Part shown: piece by piece, positions 10,316-19,335 of the stretch
Layout of the letters: every line of letters starts with the position of its first letter
Numbering within the stretch: the stretch's first letter is position 1
Notes under the pieces: generated by a model
Database searches by the model: none
The model's input: only the letters and a program-made list of their open reading frames with translations
Told to the model about the DNA's origin: nothing
Assembly: GCA_963714085.1 (NCBI GenBank)
Contig: OY970229.1
Coordinates: 100,849 to 164,848, forward strand
Source: an uncultured Candidatus Micrarchaeota archaeon
GTDB taxonomy: Archaea > Micrarchaeota > Micrarchaeia > Anstonellales > Bilamarchaeaceae
Length of the DNA: 64,000 nucleotides
Reading direction: 5' to 3'
Program-made: the position numbers and the translations under genes

Positions 10316-11158
10316 TCAATAGAAGCGTATGTCGGTCAAAAGTGTATTGCCCATCTGCCCGAGGGATACGGTCACCCTGCCATCGCCAAGGCCGAACTCC
10401 CTCTGTTCGCCGACATGCAGGCCGAAATGCCTCGCGTAGGGGACGTCCGGGGTCGGGTGCCCGAAACAAAGGCAGAAACCCCTGTCTTCCTTATGCGCTT
10501 GGGGATCCACGTAGAACAGTATGTATCCCTGGCCCGCATTCGTGACCGCTCTGTTCTCGATGCGGAACATGGCGCCGCCCTGCATGATGAAGAACCCGTG
10601 GCCAAGGTCGCCAAGCCTGACATTGGAGGGGCTTTCCACGAGCAGCTGGTTTGAAAGGACGGCGCTGCGCCTTGCCGCCGCATCGTCCGTTTTCACCGGC
10701 GTCGCTTCGCGGGACGAGAATCTAGGGATCACGGTTGCTGCCGGTTCCCCCACCTCGGCCTCCATGAGGCCGTGTTTTCCGGAAACCTTTATCAGCAGCC
10801 CCTCGTCGGAAACAAACGAGAAACTCCCCCCGCCGAGGCTCACTCCGCCGCACTCCTGGGTGGTGCCTGAGGCAGTATGCTGGATCCTGAACTGCGGATG
10901 GCCATGCAAGCTATTGAGGACGATGGAGCATGAGGGGATTATCCCCATGACATCCCCTTCCCGGGAGGCCGACGTGAACAGGCTGACCTTGCGTCCGACC
11001 AGATGCGCCGCATCCTCAGTGGCGGCGGGGACCGGGGCGGCCTGCGGATCGCTGCGCCCGAATGTCCTCACGCTGGATCGGAGTGCGGCTCCAAGTCTGG
11101 CGACGGCGTCGCCATCACTGTGCGGGGTCGGGACGGTTTTCTGGGTTGGGTTGACCAT
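10316..11158 (-). CDS. Hypothetical protein (weak metallophosphoesterase-like motif order; function not assigned)
   Basis: 280-aa ORF with balanced composition. The opposite-strand ORF 10521..11219 is S/P-rich junk. The motifs LHGH, GDLGHG and GHPT are only suggestive. Confidence 0.45.
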   Translation of the reverse strand: MVNPTQKTVPTPHSDGDAVARLGAALRSSVRTFGRSDPQAAPVPAATEDAAHLVGRKVSLFTSASREGDVMGIIPSCSIVLNSLHGHPQFRIQHTASGTTQECGGVSLGGGSFSFVSDEGLLIKVSGKHGLMEAEVGEPAATVIPRFSSREATPVKTDDAAARRSAVLSNQLLVESPSNVRLGDLGHGFFIMQGGAMFRIENRAVTNAGQGYILFYVDPQAHKEDRGFCLCFGHPTPDVPYARHFGLHVGEQREFGLGDGRVTVSLGQMGNTLLTDIRFY

Positions 11159-11254
11159 AGATCATCGTATTGATTGTGTTCCAAAGTATATAAAAAAGTA
11201 TCTTTTGTGGGAATCGTGACTTCGAAATATAAATGTTACTACTTATGATATATC

Positions 11255-12298
11255 TTGATTACTATGCGGAGAAACACACCTGTTACAATATCCAAGACAT
11301 CCATGATAGCCTTGTCCGTCGCCGCGCTCACGGTTTTCGGGGCCTGGAAGGCCGGCGCCGATCCCGATCATGCCAAGAAGCCGGACCCGGTCCAGAAAGC
11401 GGCGGATGTCCCTGCCGCAACGCTCACCCCGGAGCACTGCACCGTCCATCCCGAGCTCGAGCTCTACGCGGGCAAGCGGAAGCTGGACCCGAAGCTCGTG
11501 CGCGCCGTGGCCATAGCGGAGAGCAACCTGGACGCATGCGCGGCCGCACGCGCAGGAAGCAGCTGGGGCCCGAACTGCTATTCGCTCGGCTATGATTATG
11601 TGCCTGACCCGGAGTCCAGATGCAACAACGCCTCCGAGAGCCCGGGACAGGCCGGCTCGCCCCTCTGGCGCTACTGCGGCCTGGGGCTCATGCAGACCCT
11701 GGAGCCCCCTTACACTTTCTGGCCCGCACTAGTTCCGGACGGGAAATACGGCCCGTACAGCTCCGGCGGCCAGAAGCAGCTCTTCCAGGAGGCGCAGCTC
11801 AGAGGCAGGATGAGCTTCCTGCTGGACGCGAAGGCGTGCTCGCCAGCGTTCAATCCGTTCAATCCGGAGCACTCCGCCTGCCTGGGGACCCACAAGCTCG
11901 CGGCAGCCATGGACGGGGCGGGGAAGCTGGCTGAGTCCAGCACGCAGGAGCTCGGGAATCCTGGCCTGGCGGCAACGAAAGCGATAACGGCGTATCTCGC
12001 GCTGCACTACTACTACGGCGACGGCGGCTATGCCCAGGGCTGGATAGCCGAGTTCGGAAGGCGCCGCGCGCAGACAAAGGAGTTCTGCGACAGGAAAGCT
12101 AGGAAGAAGGACCCGGTATGCGTGGAGCGGAAAATCTCCGCGCGCCCGGAATGCTACGGCATGGACGATTTCATCGCGTTCGTGCGGGAGTGCAGGTTCC
12201 GGGACGGCCCGGGGCAGAGCGAAGCGCCGTTCTACGGGGACTACGGCTCTAAGGTCCTCTCCGTGGCCAGGGGATTGGAGAACACCTGCGGGAAATAG
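11255..12298 (+). CDS. Secreted lysozyme-like / lytic transglycosylase (SLT family 1)-domain protein
   Basis: N-terminal hydrophobic anchor or signal (MIALSVAALTVFGAW). AIAESNLDACA carries the catalytic Glu-Ser. GLGLMQT is the GLMQ motif. AITAYLAL resembles the AYNAG region. The protein is Cys-rich. Confidence 0.55.
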   Translation: MITMRRNTPVTISKTSMIALSVAALTVFGAWKAGADPDHAKKPDPVQKAADVPAATLTPEHCTVHPELELYAGKRKLDPKLVRAVAIAESNLDACAAARAGSSWGPNCYSLGYDYVPDPESRCNNASESPGQAGSPLWRYCGLGLMQTLEPPYTFWPALVPDGKYGPYSSGGQKQLFQEAQLRGRMSFLLDAKACSPAFNPFNPEHSACLGTHKLAAAMDGAGKLAESSTQELGNPGLAATKAITAYLALHYYYGDGGYAQGWIAEFGRRRAQTKEFCDRKARKKDPVCVERKISARPECYGMDDFIAFVRECRFRDGPGQSEAPFYGDYGSKVLSVARGLENTCGK

Positions 12299-12396
12299 GA
12301 GCGGGAGGCTGCTTTTTAGTTTGTGCTCTTTATGTGTAAATTAGTGGAAAGGAAGGTTTATAATATGTTTATGCCTTACCTATAAATGGCGCAGTC

Positions 12397-14220
12397 ATGG
12401 GATCCAAACTCAGAAGTGATGCTAGAGGCAACGACACCAGGCCTAGCGCCAGCCCGGACATCTCAGCTGCGATAAGGGCATCAAAAAGAGGACCTGATAG
12501 GAACAGCGCCGCATTCAATGACGATTCCAGATTGGTAGTCAACGCAGGCAAGATAACGACCTTGATCACGGACCTCGACCGTACACTCTGGGAGGGTGTT
12601 CTCGCAGAGAAGCAGAAGGTGAGGGTAAACGACGAGTACTACGACTTTTTGAGATCGTTGCATAGAAAAGGGATAACTGTATTTGCCGTATCGAAGAACG
12701 ACGAAGAGGAGGTAAATGCGGCATTTGACAGGCTGGCGATAGACAAGGGATTGTTCACTGCGGTCATCGCGAACTGGGATCCGAAATATTTAACGATAGA
12801 GAGGCTTGTCCAGTGCACCGGATTAAGGCCTGAAACCGTCGTATTGGTAGATGATAATCCATTGGAAAGGACCGAGGTGAAGGCCCGGACTCCGCAGATA
12901 TACTGCATTGATAGTTCCAATTGGGATGTGTTACGCGGAGTCCCGTATATCATGCGGCGCAGGAACCAGGCATCGAGCGAGATACGGTCCAGGGCCAACC
13001 GCTACAAAACCGCCATCTATGCCTCGGATTCGAGACTCCGGGCTGCTGATGACGCCGAATTTTACCGGGGATTGAAAAGAGAGATCAGCATCGGCCAGAT
13101 AGGCGTGGATGATATCGGCCGTTATACCCGCCTGCTGGTGGAGACGCATCGCATCAACTTCAATCCAGGGAAATTCGCTGAGTACGGCGCAGCGCTGGAA
13201 TATCTGCACGAAAGGTTGAACGCGGGGGACAGGTTATTCGCGATTTCCACCAAAGAGCGCGGCATGTCATTGGGGCTCACCGGGGCCCTGGTCGTGCATC
13301 ACGAAAACGGCCGGGCCCGGATTACCGACGGGACCTTTTCCTGCGGCATAATCGGCAGGGATTTCGAGCAGAGGTCCATCCTTGCGTTGATTGAGATCCT
13401 GAAACGGGAGGCCGTAGCCACGCTCGAGGTCTGCGTGACCCCCACAGGGACGAACAAGCGGATGAAAGACATACTGGTCAGCCTTGGTTTTTCGGAAGAA
13501 AGACAAGAAGATGGCAAAATCATATACTCGATGGATATCACGCACTACGCACCCAAAGAGACTTATGGCTGGATCGCATTGAGCACCGAAGCTCCGGAAT
13601 TGGACTATGAGGGTCATCCTGCGGTAATCGGATTTTTCGATGCGCACGTCAAGCCGCTGATCCGGGAAAGATCCAACCTGGTGAACATCGGTTCAAGCCG
13701 CGGGGAGGTCCTGGGTTTCCTTCAAGATGACGTCCGGGAGGAGTTTGACCGGTTTTTAGCTGCCAGAAAGGCGAATTATCTGAAGATAGACAAAATCGCA
13801 TACCCGGGCGAGGATAACATTGTCGCTGACGCAGAGGATCTCAAGGGAATCGTACCCAACAGAAGCCAGGACCTGGTGATGGCAGTCGAATTGCTCGAGC
13901 ACACGGAGCATTTCTGGCTGGTGATAAACGAGATGAACAGGATTGCCAAACAGGACGGCCTCATATTCCTGACCGTGCCCTCGTTCAACTATCCGAAACA
14001 TGAATACCCTATTGATCTCTGGCGTATCGGCCCCGAAACAATCTCCAAATTTTTCCCTCCCGCATATTTCGAGACCTTGCGTCTTGAGACCGAAGGGATG
14101 GAAAAGAGCCCGAGGAGAACGATGATCCTCGTGAGAAAATTAAAGGACGGGTCCCCGGAGCAAGGCATGCCTGAAGGGGGAAGAACAAACTGGAAAACGG
14201 GATTGACTCTTTTCCCCTGA
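12397..14220 (+). CDS. FkbH-like multidomain protein: HAD-IIIC phosphatase-like N-domain, GNAT-like middle domain, and a C-terminal SAM-methyltransferase-like domain
   Basis: LITDLDRTLW is HAD motif I (DxDxT). VSKND and VDDNP give HAD motifs II and III. LEVCVTPTGTNKRMKDILVSLGF is GNAT-like. VMAVELLEHTEHFWLVINEMNRIAKQDGLIFLTVP is a class-I MTase post-II/III-like region. Confidence 0.55.
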   Translation: MGSKLRSDARGNDTRPSASPDISAAIRASKRGPDRNSAAFNDDSRLVVNAGKITTLITDLDRTLWEGVLAEKQKVRVNDEYYDFLRSLHRKGITVFAVSKNDEEEVNAAFDRLAIDKGLFTAVIANWDPKYLTIERLVQCTGLRPETVVLVDDNPLERTEVKARTPQIYCIDSSNWDVLRGVPYIMRRRNQASSEIRSRANRYKTAIYASDSRLRAADDAEFYRGLKREISIGQIGVDDIGRYTRLLVETHRINFNPGKFAEYGAALEYLHERLNAGDRLFAISTKERGMSLGLTGALVVHHENGRARITDGTFSCGIIGRDFEQRSILALIEILKREAVATLEVCVTPTGTNKRMKDILVSLGFSEERQEDGKIIYSMDITHYAPKETYGWIALSTEAPELDYEGHPAVIGFFDAHVKPLIRERSNLVNIGSSRGEVLGFLQDDVREEFDRFLAARKANYLKIDKIAYPGEDNIVADAEDLKGIVPNRSQDLVMAVELLEHTEHFWLVINEMNRIAKQDGLIFLTVPSFNYPKHEYPIDLWRIGPETISKFFPPAYFETLRLETEGMEKSPRRTMILVRKLKDGSPEQGMPEGGRTNWKTGLTLFP

Positions 14221-14389
14221 TACGGCATCTTGGCATGCGGAACCGCGCCGCCGGACGGCATATTCAAGAATCAACGCAACACATACTTTTCTATAATTTA
14301 CGTTGATCCGAGAAAAAGGCGTTTAGCGCCCCTTCCGCGCTCCTGCCACGAAAAAAAAGCTTATAAAACTAGTCTGAGTAAGCCCCCCA

Positions 14390-15100
14390 ATGGCCGGAAT
14401 AACGCTCATCCTCGCTTTCATCGCGGGCGTCGTCTCGTTCCTCAGCCCGTGCGTCCTGCCGCTCATACCGGCATACCTCACCTTCCTGGCAGGCACTACG
14501 GTGCAGAAGACGTATTCCCCGAAGATACGGACCGAGATATTCCTGAGCAGCGTCTCGTTCGTGCTCGGCTTCTCGGTCTTGTTCTCCATCCTGGGCATAT
14601 TGCTCCAGAGCGTCCTGTCCAAGTTCGCGTACTCCGTGCTCACCTACCTGAGCTACATCGGCGGCGCCGTGATAATCTTCTTCGGCCTGATGATGATAGG
14701 CTTGATAGAGATACCCGCGCTGTCCATCGAGCACAAGGTCAAGGTGGAGCGGACGAACATATCTTACATCACGTCATTCATCTTCGGGGCCGCATTCGCG
14801 GTGGGCTGGACCCCGTGCGTGGGCGCGGTGCTGGGCAGCATCCTCACGCTGGCGATAACCCAGCCAGGGTCCTCGTTCCCGCTCATGCTCAGCTACTCCG
14901 TAGGGTTGGGCGTTCCGTTCCTGCTGGTCGGGCTTTTCGTGTCCCAGGCGTCCAGGGCCATACAGTACATCGGCCCGTACCTGAAGTGGCTCAACCTGAT
15001 CTTCGGGATCGTACTCATAATACTCGGGATCCTCGTCTTCACCCAGACCCTGCCCCTGGTGGCTAACATAGGGTTCCTCAACGACTGGCTCCTCAAGTGA
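14390..15100 (+). CDS. ccdA: Cytochrome c-type biogenesis / thiol-disulfide transmembrane electron transporter CcdA (DsbD family)
   Basis: LSPCVLPLIPAYL and the WTPCVGAVLG signature. Six predicted TM helices. A leaderless-type TATA (GCTTATAAAA) lies about 28 nt upstream. Confidence 0.9.
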   Translation: MAGITLILAFIAGVVSFLSPCVLPLIPAYLTFLAGTTVQKTYSPKIRTEIFLSSVSFVLGFSVLFSILGILLQSVLSKFAYSVLTYLSYIGGAVIIFFGLMMIGLIEIPALSIEHKVKVERTNISYITSFIFGAAFAVGWTPCVGAVLGSILTLAITQPGSSFPLMLSYSVGLGVPFLLVGLFVSQASRAIQYIGPYLKWLNLIFGIVLIILGILVFTQTLPLVANIGFLNDWLLK

Positions 15101-15104
15101 TTCT

Positions 15105-16229
15105 ATGAAAGCCAACGACCCGGTGACAATAGTAATAGCGATCCTGATCATCATCGCCGCCATACTGTTCATCAGGTGGACCGGCGCAGGCGCGGTGGTG
15201 ACCACGCCGGTGGTGAACACGGTGGCTAACGGCATCGGCAACGCCCTGAACGTGACTTCCAACCAAAGCGCGGTCGGCGAGGGCTCCCTGTTCCAGAAGG
15301 CGCCGGAGCTCACGGGGATATCCGGCTACATAAACGCTCCGAGCAATCTCACCATCGCGAGCCTCGGGGGCGACGTGGTGCTCGTGGATTTCTGGACCTA
15401 CTCGTGCATAAACTGCATACGCACCCTCCCCTACCTGGAGGCGTGGGAGCAGAAGTACGGCCCCATGGGCTTCGTCATAATAGGCGTGCAGTCCCCTGAA
15501 TTCGAGTTCGAGAAGGATTTCAACAACGTCCAGGCGGCGGTCACGAAGTACAACATCACCTATCCGGTCGTGCTGGACAACGACCACGCGACCTGGAACG
15601 CGTACCAGAACCTCTACTGGCCCGAGGATTACCTGGTGGACGCCGACGGCTACATAAGATACACCCACATCGGCGAGGGCGACTATGACACCACGGAGTC
15701 GGAGATCCAGCAGCTGCTCATGGAGAGGAACCAGAACGCGTCGCCGGGCGGGATCGTGGCGAGCAACATCAGCGCGAACTACGACCTCTCTAAAATCGGC
15801 ACCCCGGAGATATATCTGGGCTATTCCTTCGCAAGGCAGCCCATCGGCAACCCGCAGGGCTTCGTGCGGGACCAGGTCGTGGACTATTCCATCCCCCAGG
15901 CCATGCAGACCAATGTCGTCTATTTCTCCGGGTCCTGGCTGAACAACCCGGACAACATGGAGCTCTCTTCGGACACCGGCAAGATAATCCTGACATACTA
16001 CGCGAAGAACGTGAACATCGTGGCCGGAGGGAACGGCACACTCAACCTCCTGCTGGACGACGCCGCGCCGTCCCCTGACCAGTACGGCCTGGACGATGCG
16101 AATGGGACCGTGACCGTGAACCAGGAGCGGCTCTACAGTTTGATAGACGACACGGGCTACAACCAGAGGACGCTGGAGATAGATGCCACTGGGAAAGGAT
16201 TCAGGATTTACACATTCACGTTCGGCTAG
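15105..16229 (+). CDS. Membrane-anchored extracytoplasmic thioredoxin-fold thiol:disulfide oxidoreductase (TlpA/ResA-like) with a C-terminal beta-rich domain
   Basis: N-terminal TM helix. VVLVDFWTYSCINCIRTLPYL contains the CxxC (C-I-N-C) redox motif of redoxins. It starts 5 nt after ccdA. Confidence 0.8.
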   Translation: MKANDPVTIVIAILIIIAAILFIRWTGAGAVVTTPVVNTVANGIGNALNVTSNQSAVGEGSLFQKAPELTGISGYINAPSNLTIASLGGDVVLVDFWTYSCINCIRTLPYLEAWEQKYGPMGFVIIGVQSPEFEFEKDFNNVQAAVTKYNITYPVVLDNDHATWNAYQNLYWPEDYLVDADGYIRYTHIGEGDYDTTESEIQQLLMERNQNASPGGIVASNISANYDLSKIGTPEIYLGYSFARQPIGNPQGFVRDQVVDYSIPQAMQTNVVYFSGSWLNNPDNMELSSDTGKIILTYYAKNVNIVAGGNGTLNLLLDDAAPSPDQYGLDDANGTVTVNQERLYSLIDDTGYNQRTLEIDATGKGFRIYTFTFG

Positions 16230-16265
16230 GCCGCGGATCGGGCCCGTCTTTTTGCCTTCGATGCG

Positions 16266-17189
16266 TCAAACCGACAGCCTATCCAGCGTATCGCAGATTA
16301 TCTCGAGCGACTCCTTGAAGGTTTCTTCGTTCAGGATGGAACCGGGCAGTATGTAGGCCGCCCGTTCGTTGGTTATATTGAATAACGCCCATTGTCCGTC
16401 AAAACGCGTGCTTCTCCAAAGAATCGAGTACATCCCGAGCTTGTCGATGCGCTGGTAGATGTCCTCCAGGCCGGCGGCCACCATCCGCTCTTTGCTGTCG
16501 AAGATCATCTTCGGATCCCTTCCCGATCTGTTCGGGGTCTTGATGCTCAATCCGACGCTTTGGCCCAAGCCGCTCGGGGTGAACAGCTGGATATTGAAAT
16601 CCCGTCCCCTGTAAGCGCCATCCCATCCGGTCGCGACCTTGGCAAAACCGTTTTTTTGCAGGACCGGTTCTATCGAAGACGCCGCGGTATCTTTTGATTT
16701 TTTAGCCTCGGCGCTGAGAACGAAGAATAGCAAGACCGCTATCGGGATTATGAATCCGATGAGGATGTAACCGGATTGGGTGGTGAAGAGGGTGGAAGCG
16801 AGCCGTGATTGGTCCGGTGCATCGGGATTCACGAGGATTCCGATTTCGGACTCTCCGGTGTTCGCATTCGTTGTGCCTCCGACCTCGCCTACGAACTGGA
16901 TGGTGGACGGTGCGACATCGCTTGAGCAGCAATGGCCCGAATACTGGTTTTCGTTATAGGGATAAGCGTAGGTCATATTGACTATGTGCGAGCAGGATCC
17001 GTGCGTATCGCAGTTTGAAATCGCGTTTTCATCGAAGTGGGTGACCGTCGCATTGACTGGTCTCCAGGTGCTGAGGATGACATAGTCGGAATACAGCGAC
17101 TGTACGCCGATGAAGATGAAGCAGAGGCCTATGAGCACCGCGAGACAGATTACGTACTTTGCGTAGTACGGCATTGCCATGGCCAGCAT
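16266..17189 (-). CDS. Hypothetical membrane protein (two TM segments, Cys/His-rich extracytoplasmic loop)
   Basis: 307-aa ORF with hydrophobic N-terminal and central helices. No recognisable catalytic motif. Confidence 0.5.
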   Translation of the reverse strand: MLAMAMPYYAKYVICLAVLIGLCFIFIGVQSLYSDYVILSTWRPVNATVTHFDENAISNCDTHGSCSHIVNMTYAYPYNENQYSGHCCSSDVAPSTIQFVGEVGGTTNANTGESEIGILVNPDAPDQSRLASTLFTTQSGYILIGFIIPIAVLLFFVLSAEAKKSKDTAASSIEPVLQKNGFAKVATGWDGAYRGRDFNIQLFTPSGLGQSVGLSIKTPNRSGRDPKMIFDSKERMVAAGLEDIYQRIDKLGMYSILWRSTRFDGQWALFNITNERAAYILPGSILNEETFKESLEIICDTLDRLSV

Positions 17190-17251
17190 AGGGACTGGTT
17201 ATTATTTTAAGGTTTGGCACGCCACCGGGATTGAGCCGGCCATGCCAAGCT

Positions 17252-18178
17252 CTACCGCTTCTTCTGCAGCCACTCGTACGCGCAATACGAGGCCAGCACC
17301 GCCTCCCCTGCGCCCACTATCGCCTGCTTGAACACCGTGTCCGCGACGTCGCCGCACGCGTACACGCCAGGGACGCTCGTCTCCGCGCGCCTGTTGATCA
17401 TGATCTCTCCTTTTTCGTTGAGCTTGGCACCCAGCTGCTTCGCGAGCTCGGAGTTCGGAGTCCTCCCGATCTCCACGAACACGCCGTCCACCTTGAAGTC
17501 ATGAGAGCCGTTGTACGGCTTGTCCAGGACGAGATTCTCGAGCCGCCCCTTCCCAGCGAACTCCTTCACGTTCGTCTTGTTCATTATCTCTATCTTGCTG
17601 TTCGCCATCGCGCGCTCGAGGTTGACCGGCTCCGCGCGCACCTTCTCGCCCCTGTAGATGATGTAGACCTTCTTCGCCCATTGCGTGAGCAATAAAGCCT
17701 CCTTGACCGCGGAGTCGCTCCCGCCTATCACCGCTATGCTCTTGTCCCTGTAGAAGACCCCGTCGCAGAGCGCGCAGGTGTGCACGCCCTTGTTCTCCAG
17801 CTCGGTCTCGCCCGGGATGCCCATCTTGCGCGTGGCGCTGCCTGTCGCGAGTATGAGCGCCCTGGAGGAGTATGTTTTGCCCTCGGCGTCCGTGACCGTG
17901 AACCCGTCCTTGGTCTTCTCGGCCTTGACCGCCTTCGCATCCACGATCTCCGGCTTGTACTCGTTGGCGTGCTGCTCTATGTTATTGGCCAGGTCCATGC
18001 CGTTGATGGACTTTATGCCGGGCCAGTTCGTGACGTGGTTGGTGAGGATTATCGTGCCGCCACGGCTCTCCGCTATGACGAGCGTGCTCAGCTTCAGCCT
18101 GCCGCAGTACATGGCCGCGGAGAAACCCGCGACCCCGCCCCCGATGATGGCGATGTCGTATTCCATGCGCTCACGCAA
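17252..18178 (-). CDS. trxB: Thioredoxin-disulfide reductase (NADPH/FAD)
   Basis: DIAIIGGGVAGFSAA is the FAD GxGxxG motif. CALCDG is the redox-active CxxC. AVIGGSDSAVKEAL is the NADPH site. An alternative start is the Met at 18166. Confidence 0.9.
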   Translation of the reverse strand: MRERMEYDIAIIGGGVAGFSAAMYCGRLKLSTLVIAESRGGTIILTNHVTNWPGIKSINGMDLANNIEQHANEYKPEIVDAKAVKAEKTKDGFTVTDAEGKTYSSRALILATGSATRKMGIPGETELENKGVHTCALCDGVFYRDKSIAVIGGSDSAVKEALLLTQWAKKVYIIYRGEKVRAEPVNLERAMANSKIEIMNKTNVKEFAGKGRLENLVLDKPYNGSHDFKVDGVFVEIGRTPNSELAKQLGAKLNEKGEIMINRRAETSVPGVYACGDVADTVFKQAIVGAGEAVLASYCAYEWLQKKR

Positions 18179-18434
18179 GGCCGAGCGCCTTCTTTATCGC
18201 CGGCTGGTTGAAGCCGATTATCACGTCCTTGTCTATCAGGATGACCGGGATGCCGGTCTGGCCGGAGACCTGCTGGACCTCGGCCGCGTACTTCTGGTTC
18301 ACGCCCACGTCCCTCATCTCGAACTTTATCTTGTTCGCGTTGAGGAAATCCATGGCCTTGTGGCACCAGGGGCACCATTCCGCCGAATAGACGATCACCT
18401 TTTTCTCCGCAGCTTTTTTTTCCGCCATAAACAC
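18171..18434 (-). CDS. Glutaredoxin/NrdH-like small redoxin
   Basis: 87 aa with VIVYSAEWCPWCHKA (CPWC active site) and a thioredoxin-fold C-terminus GIPVILID. It overlaps the trxB start by 8 nt. Confidence 0.85.
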   Translation of the reverse strand: MFMAEKKAAEKKVIVYSAEWCPWCHKAMDFLNANKIKFEMRDVGVNQKYAAEVQQVSGQTGIPVILIDKDVIIGFNQPAIKKALGLA

Positions 18435-18499
18435 TACCTCTCTGTCCGTGTTTAGGCTAGCTATATTTTAAAACCTGTTACTGAGGTTCGTTCCGACTG

Positions 18500-18545
18500 G
18501 CGGCGAAAAATCGCGGAATAAAAAAAATGAAGAAATGCCTGGCCT
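18500..18545 (-). terminator. Hairpin (GCCTG-GCCT-CAGGC) followed on the minus strand by an oligo-T tract, located 3' of the GH19-like gene
   Basis: The minus-strand reading is ...gcctgaggccaggcatttcttcattttttttattcc. A hairpin followed by a T run is an archaeal-style terminator. Confidence 0.4.
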
Positions 18546-19312
18546 CAGGCAAAAGACGTTGCGTATATGTCCCTCCTCGAGTTCAGGTAGGCCAGCAGCG
18601 CGCTCGTTTTGGCCGGGTTGTTCTTGAACAGAGCGAGATATGCGTTCGCCTTGTTCTGGAAATCGTTCGCATACGCATCTCCGCCGTTTATCGCCTTTCC
18701 GACCGACCAGTAGCTCTTGGATTGCGCCAGGGATACCAGTCCCTTCCCCTTATAATACGCCACGAATATCTTCGCTGCGTAATTCGGCTGCAGGGCCTTG
18801 ATCTGGGGGCACACCGCCGCGTTGGTCGCAGTGCACTTCCACTGGTTTTTGCATCCACATACGTTGGTCTGTGGCGTCGAGGTGCCGATACAGTCAGAGC
18901 CGCAGTACGTCTGATAATTGTACTTGTGCGTTATCTGTATGTAGCCCCTGCCTTTGTAATCAACGCCTCCGTCATAGGGCGTCGATCTGCACGCGCCGTT
19001 GATCTTGTAGGTGCATCCCGGCCCCATGCCGTAATCCCCGTTCTCCTCGCCAGGCACATAGCCTATCCCTCCAACCTCCTTATCCAGCGTCGCCATGGTC
19101 GCGGCAAGCAGTTCTGGAGTCATGCTCATCCCGTTGTCGTTGAACGACAGGGAGATTGACCGCAACGCGGTTTGCAAATTCGCGTTCGAGGTCGAGCCAT
19201 GATTGAACAGCGCAGGGAAGTCGCTGCTTCCCGTGTACGCAAATGCCGCCCCCGCCATCTGGCATAAGACCAGGATGGCAAACACCAGTCCGAATCTTTT
19301 CATGGTTTTCAT
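18545..19312 (-). CDS. Secreted glycoside hydrolase family 19-like (chitinase/lysozyme-like) protein
   Basis: Signal peptide MKTMKRFGLVFAILVLCQMAGAAFA. DYKGRGYIQITHKYNY matches the GH19 GRGPIQL(S/T)WNYNY core. The mature protein is Cys-rich. The track ORF starts 12 codons further upstream (19348). Confidence 0.6.
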   Translation of the reverse strand: MKTMKRFGLVFAILVLCQMAGAAFAYTGSSDFPALFNHGSTSNANLQTALRSISLSFNDNGMSMTPELLAATMATLDKEVGGIGYVPGEENGDYGMGPGCTYKINGACRSTPYDGGVDYKGRGYIQITHKYNYQTYCGSDCIGTSTPQTNVCGCKNQWKCTATNAAVCPQIKALQPNYAAKIFVAYYKGKGLVSLAQSKSYWSVGKAINGGDAYANDFQNKANAYLALFKNNPAKTSALLAYLNSRRDIYATSFA

Positions 19313-19335
19313 AGATACCACGTAATCATCTGGGA

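Noticed and set aside
10521-11219. Plus-strand 232-aa ORF
   Set aside because: It is Ser/Pro-rich and antisense to the better-formed minus-strand ORF 10316..11158.
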